From Vicinamibacterales bacterium (GTDB taxonomy: Bacteria > Acidobacteriota > Vicinamibacteria > Vicinamibacterales > CAVVIG01), in contig DATLRO010000004.1 of the NCBI GenBank assembly GCA_035534615.1, positions 10,646 through 74,645 on the forward strand: a DNA stretch of 64,000 bases, written 5' to 3'. The notes under the pieces were generated by a model. The model was not told the origin of the DNA. It made no database searches and saw nothing but the letters and a program-made list of their open reading frames with translations. Shown in pieces: positions 1 through 7,237 of the stretch; within the stretch, counting starts at the first letter, position 1; the number at the start of each line of letters is the position of its first letter. Both the position numbers and the translations under genes were made by a program.

Positions 1-1398
1 CCCCGCGCGGACCGTGGCCGCCCGCCAGACGTCCGGCTCCCGCAGCGCCGGCCCGAGCAGGCGTCCGTACTCCCCCGGCATGAACAGGCCGCGCTGGACA
101 CGATAGATCCCGGCGAGATGCCCGCCGGACTCGCGGAACTGCCGCCATTTCGGCCGGAATCGCGCGGGCACCAGCCGATCGGCCGCCGGCGCGACGCCGC
201 TGAGCACCGGCCCTGCGCGCCGTCCGAGCCGCATCGCCCACGGAACGCGCCGGAACGAGGGATAGCCGCCGAACAGCTCGTCGCCCCCCGCGCCCGACAG
301 CACGGCCTTGAGGCCGGTGGACGCCACGGCTCGTGAGACGTAGAAGGAGTTCACGCCGTCGCTCGTCGGCTGATCCATGTGCTGGAGGATGCGGGGCAGA
401 TCCTCGACCAGCGCCTGCCCGTCGAGCCGCAGCTCGTGATGACGCGTCTCGAACGCGCGCGCGACGACGCGGGCGTGCTCGTGCTCGGACAGCGGCGAGT
501 CGTCGAACCTGACGGTATACGTCCGCAGGTCGCCGGCGCCGGCCGACCGCGCCGCCGACACCAGCGCGGACGAATCGACGCCCCCCGAGAGGAACACGCC
601 GACCGGAACGTCGGCGACCAGATGGGCGCCGACGCTGCCTTCAACGGCCGCGCGGACGTGCGCCCGCAGCGTCCCTTCGTCCATGGCCGGCGGCTGCCCC
701 GAGTACCGGCACCGGACGTCGGCGAAGACGCCGGTCGTCGCGCGCCCGGCCCCGTCCCAGCGGATCCACGTGCCCGGGAACAGGCTCTCGACCCCCTCGA
801 GCCAGGTCAGGGGCGAAGGGATGCTGCCCCACGCGAGGTACGTGAGAAGACCGGCCGGCGCCACGCGGCGGTCGACGAGCCCACCGTCCAGGAGCGCCCG
901 GATCTCCGACGCGAAGGCGACGCGCGACGGCGACGCCGCGACGTAGAGCGGCTTGATGCCGAACCGATCACGCGCCAGCAGCAGGGTGCGATCCTGCGCG
1001 TCCCAGAGCGCGAGCGCGAACATCCCGCGCACGGCCGCGAGCCCGTCCGGGCCGTGGCGCACGAGCCACGCCAGGAGGACTTCCGTGTCGCTGCGGGTCT
1101 CGAAGATGTCGCCGTCGCGCTCGAGTCGTGCCCGCAGCTCGCCGTGATTGAAGACTTCGCCGTTCCAGACGAGCCAGTAGCGGCCGGCCCGCGCCGACAT
1201 CGGCTGATGGCCCCCCGGCGTGAGGTCGACGATCGCCAGCCGGCGGTGGACGAGCAGGGCCGTTCCCTCCGGCGAGAGATACTCCCCCTCATCGTCCGGA
1301 CCGCGGTGGGCCAGCGACGCCGAGAGCGCCGGTCCGAGCCGGACGGCCGTCTCCCGCAGGTCGCCGTTCCACGAGACGAGGCCGGCCAGACCGCACAT
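1..1398 (-). CDS. asnB: asparagine synthase (glutamine-hydrolysing), AsnB family; C-terminal end lies outside the window
   Basis: Absent from the ORF track because no stop codon falls inside the window. Own reverse-strand reading from ATG (complement of 1396-1398) gives MCGLAGLVSWNGDLRETAVRLGPAL, with the Cys2 nucleophile of class-II amidotransferases. The same frame gives VGVFLSGGVDSSALV (PP-loop SGGVDSS = complement of 568-588). The frame stays open to base 1. Confidence 0.85.
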   Translation of the reverse strand, partial: MCGLAGLVSWNGDLRETAVRLGPALSASLAHRGPDDEGEYLSPEGTALLVHRRLAIVDLTPGGHQPMSARAGRYWLVWNGEVFNHGELRARLERDGDIFETRSDTEVLLAWLVRHGPDGLAAVRGMFALALWDAQDRTLLLARDRFGIKPLYVAASPSRVAFASEIRALLDGGLVDRRVAPAGLLTYLAWGSIPSPLTWLEGVESLFPGTWIRWDGAGRATTGVFADVRCRYSGQPPAMDEGTLRAHVRAAVEGSVGAHLVADVPVGVFLSGGVDSSALVSAARSAGAGDLRTYTVRFDDSPLSEHEHARVVARAFETRHHELRLDGQALVEDLPRILQHMDQPTSDGVNSFYVSRAVASTGLKAVLSGAGGDELFGGYPSFRRVPWAMRLGRRAGPVLSGVAPAADRLVPARFRPKWRQFRESGGHLAGIYRVQRGLFMPGEYGRLLGPALREPDVWRAATVRAG

Positions 1399-1459
1399 CG
1401 GGAACGCTTCTCACCTTTCAGGTCGTGTGTTCACACGCCGGCTCGCCGAAGCGCAAAGC

Positions 1460-1612
1460 GCGAAGGCGAGGGCCCGGGGCGGAGCCCCGATGATATCGGA
1501 CTCCGGCGCGAATGCGCCGGCGGCCCGCACAGCGGGCCCGCCAACGGAGCGGAGCGAGCCGCGCCAGGCGAGCGAGCGCAGTGAACCGGGGTTCGGGGCG
1601 GAGCCCCGATGA
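1460..1612. repeat. copy A of the dispersed GC-rich repeat, containing an exact 18-nt direct repeat
   Basis: GGGGCGGAGCCCCGATGA at 1476-1493 and 1595-1612, each a GGGGC-GGA-GCCCC mini-hairpin. GCGAAGGCGAGG at 1460-1471 is identical to 5203-5214. Confidence 0.75.
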
Positions 1613-1614
1613 CC

Positions 1615-2520
1615 TCAGAAAAAGCGCTGCGGGACGACGATCGTGTCGCCCGCCTGCACGAGGTCGGTCAGGTCGACGCTGACCTCGTGCTTCTTGCCAT
1701 GGACGAAGCGGATGATCTTGATCCGCCGGTTCGAGCCGCGGTCGTTGAGGCCGCCCGCCAGCGAGATCGCCTGCAGCACCGTCATCCCCGGCTGGAGGAC
1801 GTAGGCGCCAGGGTTCTTGACCTGCCCGGTGATATAGAACGTCTCCGCCTTCGGCACGAAGATCGTGTCGCCGTCGTGCAGCTCGACGTTCGCCGCCAGC
1901 TTGCCGCTCTGGAGGTCGGCGATGTTGATGTGTGTCACCTCCGCGGTCGCGTCGGCCCCCGGCACGACCGGACCCGACGGCGGCGTCTTCCGCGTCGAAT
2001 GGACGATCAGCAGCTCGCTGCCGGCCGTGCCGTTCAGGGAGCCCGCCTCCGCGAGCGCCTCGATGAGCGTCATGTTGCCGGTCAGCGGGTAACGGCCCGG
2101 TGACCGGACCTCTCCGATGATGTAGATGCTCTGGCTGCGGTACTGCTGGACCTCCACCCGGACCTGCGGGTGCTTCACGTACCCGTTCATCAGCAGCCCG
2201 CGCAGCCGATCCTCGAGTCCGTGGGCCGTGAGCCCGGCCGCGGCGACCCGGCCGACGAGCGGGTACGTGATCGTGCCGTCGCCGTCGACGCGGAACGGGC
2301 CCGACAGATCCGGTTCGCCGAACACGGTGACGTTGATGACGTCGTGCGGCCCGATGACGTAGTCGTCGCGCACCGGCGCCGCGGCCGGCGCGCTCGCCGG
2401 CGGCGGGGGGACGGCGGCCGGTTGCGCCTGCGCTGCGGACGCAGGCAGCGCGGACGGGGTCAGGACGAGCGTGAGCGCCAGGAGGAGCCGTCGCACCGGA
2501 ACTGAGATCATGACCTTCAC
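1615..2520 (-). CDS. periplasmic polysaccharide export protein (Wza/EpsE-like, Poly_export + SLBB)
   Basis: 301-aa ORF with a signal peptide (MKVMISVPVRRLLLALTLVLTPSALPASA). Carries the Poly_export signature DYVIGPHDVINVTVFGEPDLSG and repeated SLBB-like segments (IYIIGEVRSPGRYPL, FYITGQVKNPGAYVL). Confidence 0.85.
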   Translation of the reverse strand: MKVMISVPVRRLLLALTLVLTPSALPASAAQAQPAAVPPPPASAPAAAPVRDDYVIGPHDVINVTVFGEPDLSGPFRVDGDGTITYPLVGRVAAAGLTAHGLEDRLRGLLMNGYVKHPQVRVEVQQYRSQSIYIIGEVRSPGRYPLTGNMTLIEALAEAGSLNGTAGSELLIVHSTRKTPPSGPVVPGADATAEVTHINIADLQSGKLAANVELHDGDTIFVPKAETFYITGQVKNPGAYVLQPGMTVLQAISLAGGLNDRGSNRRIKIIRFVHGKKHEVSVDLTDLVQAGDTIVVPQRFF

Positions 2521-2529
2521 TTCACCGCG

Positions 2530-3543
2530 CTAGTCGGTCGCCTTGAGTAACGCGATCCCGAGCTGCCGGGCCTTTCGATACAGGTTGGGGCGTTGAATGC
2601 CGAGGGTGCGGGCCGCCTCGCTGATGCGCCAGTGATGGTGCTGGAGCACGGCGGCGATGTATTCGCGCTCGAAGCGCAACCGGGCTTCCCGGAGGCTGCC
2701 GTGCGGCACCGGATTCGACGGCGTCGCTTCGAGGCGGATGTGCGAGAGCAGATCGTCGAGGCGGATCATCGACCCGTCCACGGAGGTGATCAGCCGGGCA
2801 ATCAGGCTCCGGAGCTCGCGGAGGTTGCCCGGCCAGCGCAGCGCGGCCAGCAGGGTCAGCGCGGTCGGCGTGAACGGCTTCGGCGCGAACCCGGCCACGT
2901 GGCAGATTTCCTCGACCAGTTGCGCGGTGATCGCCGGAATGTCCTCGCTGCGACGGCGCAGCGGCGGCACCTCGATGCGCGCCGCCGCCAGCCGGCGGTA
3001 GAGATCGGTCCGGAACCGGTCCCGCTCGGCCTGCGCCTCGAGCGCCGCGACACAGCTGGCCACCAGCCGGATCCGACACGGCGCGTCGCTCACCGGTGTG
3101 CGCACGTCGCCGTCGCGGGCGATGCGCGCCAGCCGGTCCTGCAGCAACGCCGGCAGCTCGTCGGCATCCCGCAGGAACAGCGTCCCGCCGGCCGCCGCCG
3201 CGATGCGACTGTCGGCCCCGACCAGCTCCAGCTCGGACGGGCTGCCCGACGCCGCGTCGCCGAACAGCAGATGCGTCAGGTCGAGCGGATCGCCGGCACC
3301 GCCGTCGACCGCCACGAACGGCCCGGTCGCCATCCGGCTGCGGAAGTGAACCTGGCGGGCGACCGCCTCGACATCGCTGCCGGCCTCGGCCACCAGCAGA
3401 ACACACCCCTGTCCCGCTGAGGCCTGGTCGAGCGCCAGAAGCATGTGCCGGACCGCCGGCGACTCGCCGGCCAGTTCGGCTGGAACCGGCGCGCCCGGTG
3501 GCCGTACCCCCTCCCGGCTTGGAAACGCAAGGGTGTCTGACAT
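2530..3543 (-). CDS. sigma-54-activator-like (bEBP-type AAA+ plus Fis HTH) regulator with degenerate Walker A and no GAFTGA loop; no receiver domain
   Basis: ORF 2530-3627. Start preferred at ATG (complement of 3541-3543, MSDTLAF). Family motifs present: LAGESPAVRHML, RTDLYRRL, RWPGNLRELRSL, and the HTH AARTLGIQRPNLYRKARQLGI. Walker A reads AEAGSDVE where the canonical form is GESGTGKE. The GAFTGA position reads LLFGDAASGSPSE. Confidence 0.75.
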   Translation of the reverse strand: MSDTLAFPSREGVRPPGAPVPAELAGESPAVRHMLLALDQASAGQGCVLLVAEAGSDVEAVARQVHFRSRMATGPFVAVDGGAGDPLDLTHLLFGDAASGSPSELELVGADSRIAAAAGGTLFLRDADELPALLQDRLARIARDGDVRTPVSDAPCRIRLVASCVAALEAQAERDRFRTDLYRRLAAARIEVPPLRRRSEDIPAITAQLVEEICHVAGFAPKPFTPTALTLLAALRWPGNLRELRSLIARLITSVDGSMIRLDDLLSHIRLEATPSNPVPHGSLREARLRFEREYIAAVLQHHHWRISEAARTLGIQRPNLYRKARQLGIALLKATD

Positions 3544-3640
3544 GGTCGTTTTCCAATTGAGCGCGCGTGGCCGCATCGGCTCGCGGACGGCCCTGTCGCC
3601 AGGCCGTCCCCCCGTGTGACAACGCACGCTGAGGAAATCA

Positions 3641-3664
3641 GGTCTCCAGCTCAGGCTGGAGGCC
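3641..3664 (-). other. GC-rich hairpin in the putative leader (possible attenuator or terminator)
   Basis: GGTCTCCAGC-TCAG-GCTGGAGGCC, about 10 bp including one G-U pair. On the minus strand it is followed by TGATTTCCT. Confidence 0.4.
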
Positions 3665-3814
3665 CTGGACGCAATGGAGTGGAAGGATCGGGGCCGATGG
3701 GGCTGAGCCTGGGGGGCGTAGACAGCTTCGCCCTCTCAGTCACAGAGGCGACGACACGAGACATCACCAGAGCAGCTGGCTCGCCGCCTTCTGCTTGAGA
3801 ACAAAAAGCGACTT

Positions 3815-3843
3815 AGAATGACAGGAATACCTGGCAGTGTCAA
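3815..3843 (-). promoter_or_regulatory. candidate sigma-70 promoter (TTGACA, 17 nt, CATTCT) for the regulator gene, implying a leader of about 260 nt
   Basis: Minus strand has a perfect TTGACA (complement of 3838-3843), a 17-nt spacer, then CATTCT (complement of 3815-3820). It lies in a lower-GC 500-nt non-coding stretch. Confidence 0.3.
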
Positions 3844-4047
3844 ATACGATACCCATCGGCCTGATGAAAGATACGGCTCGCGTATCGCTCCGACACGTTC
3901 TGATGTTGATATCGGCGCCGGGCGGCCCGGAAGACAATCCGGAAGTGCGGGCGTACGAACACTGACCGCGGGGGAGAGAATCGAGCGGGCCGCGGCCGGG
4001 CGAGGGAGGGTCGCCGCGCGGCCGGCGGTCCCTTGACGCGCCGCGAC

Positions 4048-4542
4048 TCAGGAGCGCGGCAGCGAAGAATCGACCGGCCCATCTCCGGGCTGGTGTGGCG
4101 ACGACAGTCCACCGGGCGCGGGCGGATTCGGCGCGCCGGCCGAAGGTCGATCGAGCCAGCTGTTGAGGAAGAAAGCGAGACCGAGCACGGCGATGAAGCC
4201 GCCGACGCCGAGTCCCTGGTTGGGGGCATCGCCGGCAACGCCGATCAGGACCATCAGGCCCACGCCGATGCCGATGAGGGTAATCCCGGCGCTCCGGTAG
4301 CGTCCGGCGCGCGACCCGCGGTCGAAGCGGCCGCCGGTGCGCAGGGCGTCCTCGAAGCGGGCGGGATCGACCTCGGGCGGCGGCACCAGCCCCTTTTCGA
4401 TCATCGCAATCCGCTGCCGGATCTCCAGTTCCCTGACGCGCATCTGGCTGTAGATCCGCAGCGCGGCGACCAGAAAGGCGCCGGCAATCGCGACGATCGG
4501 TATCGCCATGGCGGCCAGGTGGATGAAGTCTCCCAGGTACAT
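4048..4542 (-). CDS. hypothetical membrane protein (N-terminal TM, coiled segment, C-terminal TM pair)
   Basis: 164-aa ORF with hydrophobic spans AAMAIPIVAIAGAFLVAAL, ITLIGIGVGLMVLIGV and GGFIAVLGLAFFL. It is divergent from the ECF sigma gene. No family is recognised with certainty. Confidence 0.6.
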   Translation of the reverse strand: MYLGDFIHLAAMAIPIVAIAGAFLVAALRIYSQMRVRELEIRQRIAMIEKGLVPPPEVDPARFEDALRTGGRFDRGSRAGRYRSAGITLIGIGVGLMVLIGVAGDAPNQGLGVGGFIAVLGLAFFLNSWLDRPSAGAPNPPAPGGLSSPHQPGDGPVDSSLPRS

Positions 4543-4585
4543 CGATCCCTCCGTTCTATGAGCATTAGACTGGAAGCCCGATCAC

Positions 4586-4613
4586 TTTGTTTCAGTGAGG
4601 TTGCTGAAACAAA
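4586..4613. repeat. perfect 10-bp inverted repeat TTTGTTTCAG-N8-CTGAAACAAA in the divergent promoter region
   Basis: Read directly: 4586-4595 is the reverse complement of 4604-4613. The right arm contains GAAAC (4606-4610), with TCTAA (4630-4634) 19 nt downstream, which resembles ECF -35/-10 elements. Confidence 0.7.
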
Positions 4614-4648
4614 TCGGGCGCTCCGGTGCTCTAATATAGGGATAGCGG

Positions 4649-5200
4649 ATGGACACCTCCCGTGAGGTCGACCTTGTCAGGCGCTGCCAGGCTGGAGACG
4701 AAGGGGCCTTCAAGGATCTGGTGGAACGCCACAAGGATCTCGTCTTCGCCTTTCTCGCCCAGACGGGCCTGGAGCGGAGCCGCGCCGAGGACCTGGCGCA
4801 GGAGGTCTTTCTCCGCGTGCACCGCGGGCTCCCGTACTTCCGGGGCGAAGCCCGGCTGGCGACCTGGATCTACCGGATCGTCGCCAACGTGTTTGCGCAG
4901 GAGACGGCGAGGCGGCGGCTGCCGGAACGCCCGCTGGACGATCCGGCGGACGGCCTGGCGGGGCGCGTCCTGGGGCGCGCCGATCGGCAGTTCGGGGATC
5001 TCGAGGTGAAGGACCGGCTCGAGAAGGCCTTGCAGCAGCTGCCGGCGCAGCAGCGCCTGCTGGTCGCCGGACATTATCTCAAGGGGATCTCGTACGAGGA
5101 TCTCGCCCAGGCGTTCAACCTGCCGCTCGGAACGGTGAAGACGCAGCTCTATCGCGCCAAGCGCCAGTTGCGGCACGTGCTCGAGACCTCGCTCCGCTGA
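4649..5200 (+). CDS. ECF-type RNA polymerase sigma factor (sigma-70 family group 4)
   Basis: 183 aa. Region 2 (FKDLVERHKDLVFAFL, EDLAQEVFLRV) and region 4 HTH (LPAQQRLLVAGHYLKGISYEDLAQAFNLPLGTVKTQLYRAKRQL). Confidence 0.9.
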   Translation: MDTSREVDLVRRCQAGDEGAFKDLVERHKDLVFAFLAQTGLERSRAEDLAQEVFLRVHRGLPYFRGEARLATWIYRIVANVFAQETARRRLPERPLDDPADGLAGRVLGRADRQFGDLEVKDRLEKALQQLPAQQRLLVAGHYLKGISYEDLAQAFNLPLGTVKTQLYRAKRQLRHVLETSLR

Positions 5201-5202
5201 TG

Positions 5203-5306
5203 GCGAAGGCGAGGATTGGCGCCATCCAAACGGCGCGAGCGGAACGGAGCGAACCGCGACAGGCGAGCGGGTGAAGCGAGCCTGGCGGGGTGCCGGGGGC
5301 CCCGCC
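5203..5306. repeat. copy B of a dispersed GC-rich intergenic repeat family, ending in a 7-bp-stem hairpin (5284-5306)
   Basis: GCGAAGGCGAGG (5203-5214) is identical to 1460-1471. AACGGAGCG..CCGCGACAGGCGAGCG..GTGAA is collinear with 1543-1585. GGCGGGG (5284-5290) pairs with CCCCGCC (5300-5306). Confidence 0.6.
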
Positions 5307-5315
5307 ATTCAAACC

Positions 5316-5804
5316 ATGTTTTGCGACGAAGTCCTCGACCAGATCGAGGCGATTGCGGCGAACGATGTCACGCCCGACCAGCGGATCGCGGCGCACCTGG
5401 CGTCGTGCCGCCCGTGCGCGGCTGCGCTGGCCGACGCCCGCCGCGTCGAGGCGCTGCTCGTGGCCCGCGAGGCGCCGGCGGCGCCGCCGCAGTTCACGGG
5501 TCGCGTCCTGGCCCGCCTCCGCCGCGATCGCTGGCGCACCGAACAGTACCTCGATCTCGGCTTCAACGTCACGATCGGCATTGTGCTCCTGATTCTGGCC
5601 GGCAGCGTCTGGCTGCTGCTGCACCGGACGGGCCTCAGCGCCGTCGGCACCGGCGTCCTGACGCTGTTCTCCGAGGGCGTGACGACGGTCGTCCGGCAGC
5701 TGGCGCCGTCGCTCGCGCTGTACGTCGGTGCCGGCGCCCTGCTGGCCGGCGCGCTGACCGTGTGGTGGTGGGCCGAGCACGCGTCGGCGTCCGACTGGAG
5801 ATGA
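5316..5804 (+). CDS. anti-sigma factor (zf-HC2 N-terminal domain, two TM segments)
   Basis: ORF 5271-5804, with the start taken at ATG 5316 (MFCDEVLDQIE). H-x3-C-x2-C motif HLASCRPC. TM spans FNVTIGIVLLILAGSVWLLL and LALYVGAGALLAGALTVWWW. Confidence 0.75.
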   Translation: MFCDEVLDQIEAIAANDVTPDQRIAAHLASCRPCAAALADARRVEALLVAREAPAAPPQFTGRVLARLRRDRWRTEQYLDLGFNVTIGIVLLILAGSVWLLLHRTGLSAVGTGVLTLFSEGVTTVVRQLAPSLALYVGAGALLAGALTVWWWAEHASASDWR

Positions 5805-6748
5805 CCGGCAACAGCGCCCCGGCCGGGGCGGCCGGCGAGGTCCGGCCTCTGCTGAAATGGGCCGGCGGCAAGCGCCAGCTGCTGCCGGCGATCCGCCGGT
5901 TCGTCCCTCCGCGCTTCTCCCGCTACATCGAGCCGTTCTTCGGCAGCGGCGCCCTCTTCTTCGATCTCCACAGCCGCGGGCAGCTCGCCGACCGCCCGGT
6001 CGTGCTGATGGAGATCAACGCCGACCTGGTCGGCTGCTACCAGGCGGTGCGCGACCATCCCCGCGCGGTGATCGGCCACCTGGAACGGCTCGCGCGCGAC
6101 CACGCGCGTCACGGCCCGTCGCACTACTACGATGTCCGCGACCGGCGGTTCAACCCGGCGCGGCTCGCACGGTCCGGCCTGCGGCCGGCGCCGGACGGCT
6201 ACACGCCGGCGCTGGCGGCCATGCTGATTTACCTGAACCGGACCGGCTACAACGGCCTCTTCCGGCTGAATCGGGCGGGCGGCTTCAACGTGCCGGCCGG
6301 CCGCTACGTGCGCCCGCGGATCTGCGACGCCGACAACCTGCGGCAAGTCTCGGCGGCGCTGTGCCGGCCCGGTGTGCAGCTCGTGCTCGGCTCGTTCGAG
6401 CGCCTCGACGCGCTGGCGCGCGCCGGTGACTTCATCTACCTCGACCCGCCGTACGTGCCGCTCAGTCGCACCGCCTCCTTCACCGCCTACACGCAGTTCC
6501 CGTTCGGGCCGGACGAACAGATCCGTCTCCAGGCGCTCGTCGTCTCGCTCGCCCGGCGCGGCTGCCGCGTCCTCCTGAGCAACTCCACGGCGCCCGAGGT
6601 CGCGCGCCTGTACGACGGGCATCCGGCCGCGACCGCCGCGGGGCTCCGCGCGCACCGCATCCCGGCGCGGCGGGCGATCAACTCCCGCGGATCCAGGCGC
6701 GGTCCGGTCTTCGAATACCTGATTACGAATCTGGCCGAACACGAATAG
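5801..6748 (+). CDS. dam: DNA adenine methyltransferase, D12 (Dam) family, no partner endonuclease
   Basis: In-frame ATG at 5801 inside the 510-aa track ORF. Product starts MTGNSAPAG. Motifs KWAGGKRQLL, EPFFGSGALFF (SAM binding) and FIYLDPPYVP (DPPY). ATG 5801-5803 overlaps the anti-sigma TGA 5802-5804. Confidence 0.9.
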   Translation: MTGNSAPAGAAGEVRPLLKWAGGKRQLLPAIRRFVPPRFSRYIEPFFGSGALFFDLHSRGQLADRPVVLMEINADLVGCYQAVRDHPRAVIGHLERLARDHARHGPSHYYDVRDRRFNPARLARSGLRPAPDGYTPALAAMLIYLNRTGYNGLFRLNRAGGFNVPAGRYVRPRICDADNLRQVSAALCRPGVQLVLGSFERLDALARAGDFIYLDPPYVPLSRTASFTAYTQFPFGPDEQIRLQALVVSLARRGCRVLLSNSTAPEVARLYDGHPAATAAGLRAHRIPARRAINSRGSRRGPVFEYLITNLAEHE

Positions 6749-6898
6749 GCCCGGCCGGTGGCTGAGATGTCGTCGGCCGATGCAGGGCGTTCGCGGCGAC
6801 CTGCCTCGGAGCCGGCTGGCCGTGCGCGGCGCCAGACGGCGACCCGCTCAGCAGGCGTGTGACCACAATATCTTGCGGTCCATACGGAGCAGCGGACG

Positions 6899-6928
6899 TT
6901 GACCGGCGGAAAAACCGCATGCTACTCT
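6899..6928 (+). promoter_or_regulatory. candidate promoter for tRNA-Leu (TTGACC, 18 nt, TACTCT)
   Basis: TTGACC 6899-6904 and TACTCT 6923-6928, about 37 nt upstream of the mature tRNA 5' end. Confidence 0.35.
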
Positions 6929-6964
6929 GGCAATGGTTCGGAGTCGCGGTTCACGATACCCTCT

Positions 6965-7051
6965 GCGAAAGTGGCGGAACTGGCAGACGCGCCGGACTTA
7001 GGATCCGGTAGCCGGAAGGCTATGGGGGTTCGACTCCCCCCTTTCGCACCA
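6965..7051 (+). tRNA. tRNA-Leu, anticodon UAG, class II with long variable arm, encoded CCA
   Basis: Acceptor GCGAAAG / CTTTCGC. Anticodon arm CCGGA-CTTAGGA-TCCGG gives anticodon TAG. T-arm GGGGG-TTCGACT-CCCCC. Ends ACCA. Near-identical in layout to E. coli tRNA-Leu. Confidence 0.9.
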
Positions 7052-7237
7052 CCGCCGGCGCGGCGCGATCGGGTGGCCGGTCCCCGGCCCGACAGGCTCC
7101 CGCCCTTCCGACGATCGACGACGACCATTTGACCTCACTCTGATTCGCCCTACTGACCGGTACCGTCAGGACTTGCGGTCCGCCAGGGAATTCTCCCTGC
7201 GCCGCGGCTGAACGGTTTACGCCGGCTGCCGATACTA

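Noticed and set aside
3690-3800. GGGGCTGA... string reminiscent of a tmRNA 5' end, or another structured RNA.
   Set aside because: There is no tRNA-like acceptor/T-arm partner (no GGTTCGACTCC..CCACCA 3' end), no tag reading frame and no pseudoknot pattern that I could trace. It is treated only as part of the long leader finding.
5216-6748. 510-aa ORF read as one large fusion protein upstream of and including the methyltransferase.
   Set aside because: The first 195 codons are an Arg/Pro-rich alternative frame of the anti-sigma gene. Methyltransferase homology starts only at the internal ATG 5801, which sits in the classic ATGA overlap with the anti-sigma stop.
6749-7237. tRNA-Leu flanks as a genomic-island integration site, given the adjacent orphan methyltransferase.
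   Set aside because: There is no integrase, no direct repeat of the tRNA 3' end and no compositional shift across 4-9 kb. tRNA-Leu upstream of tig-clpP-clpX looks like native synteny.
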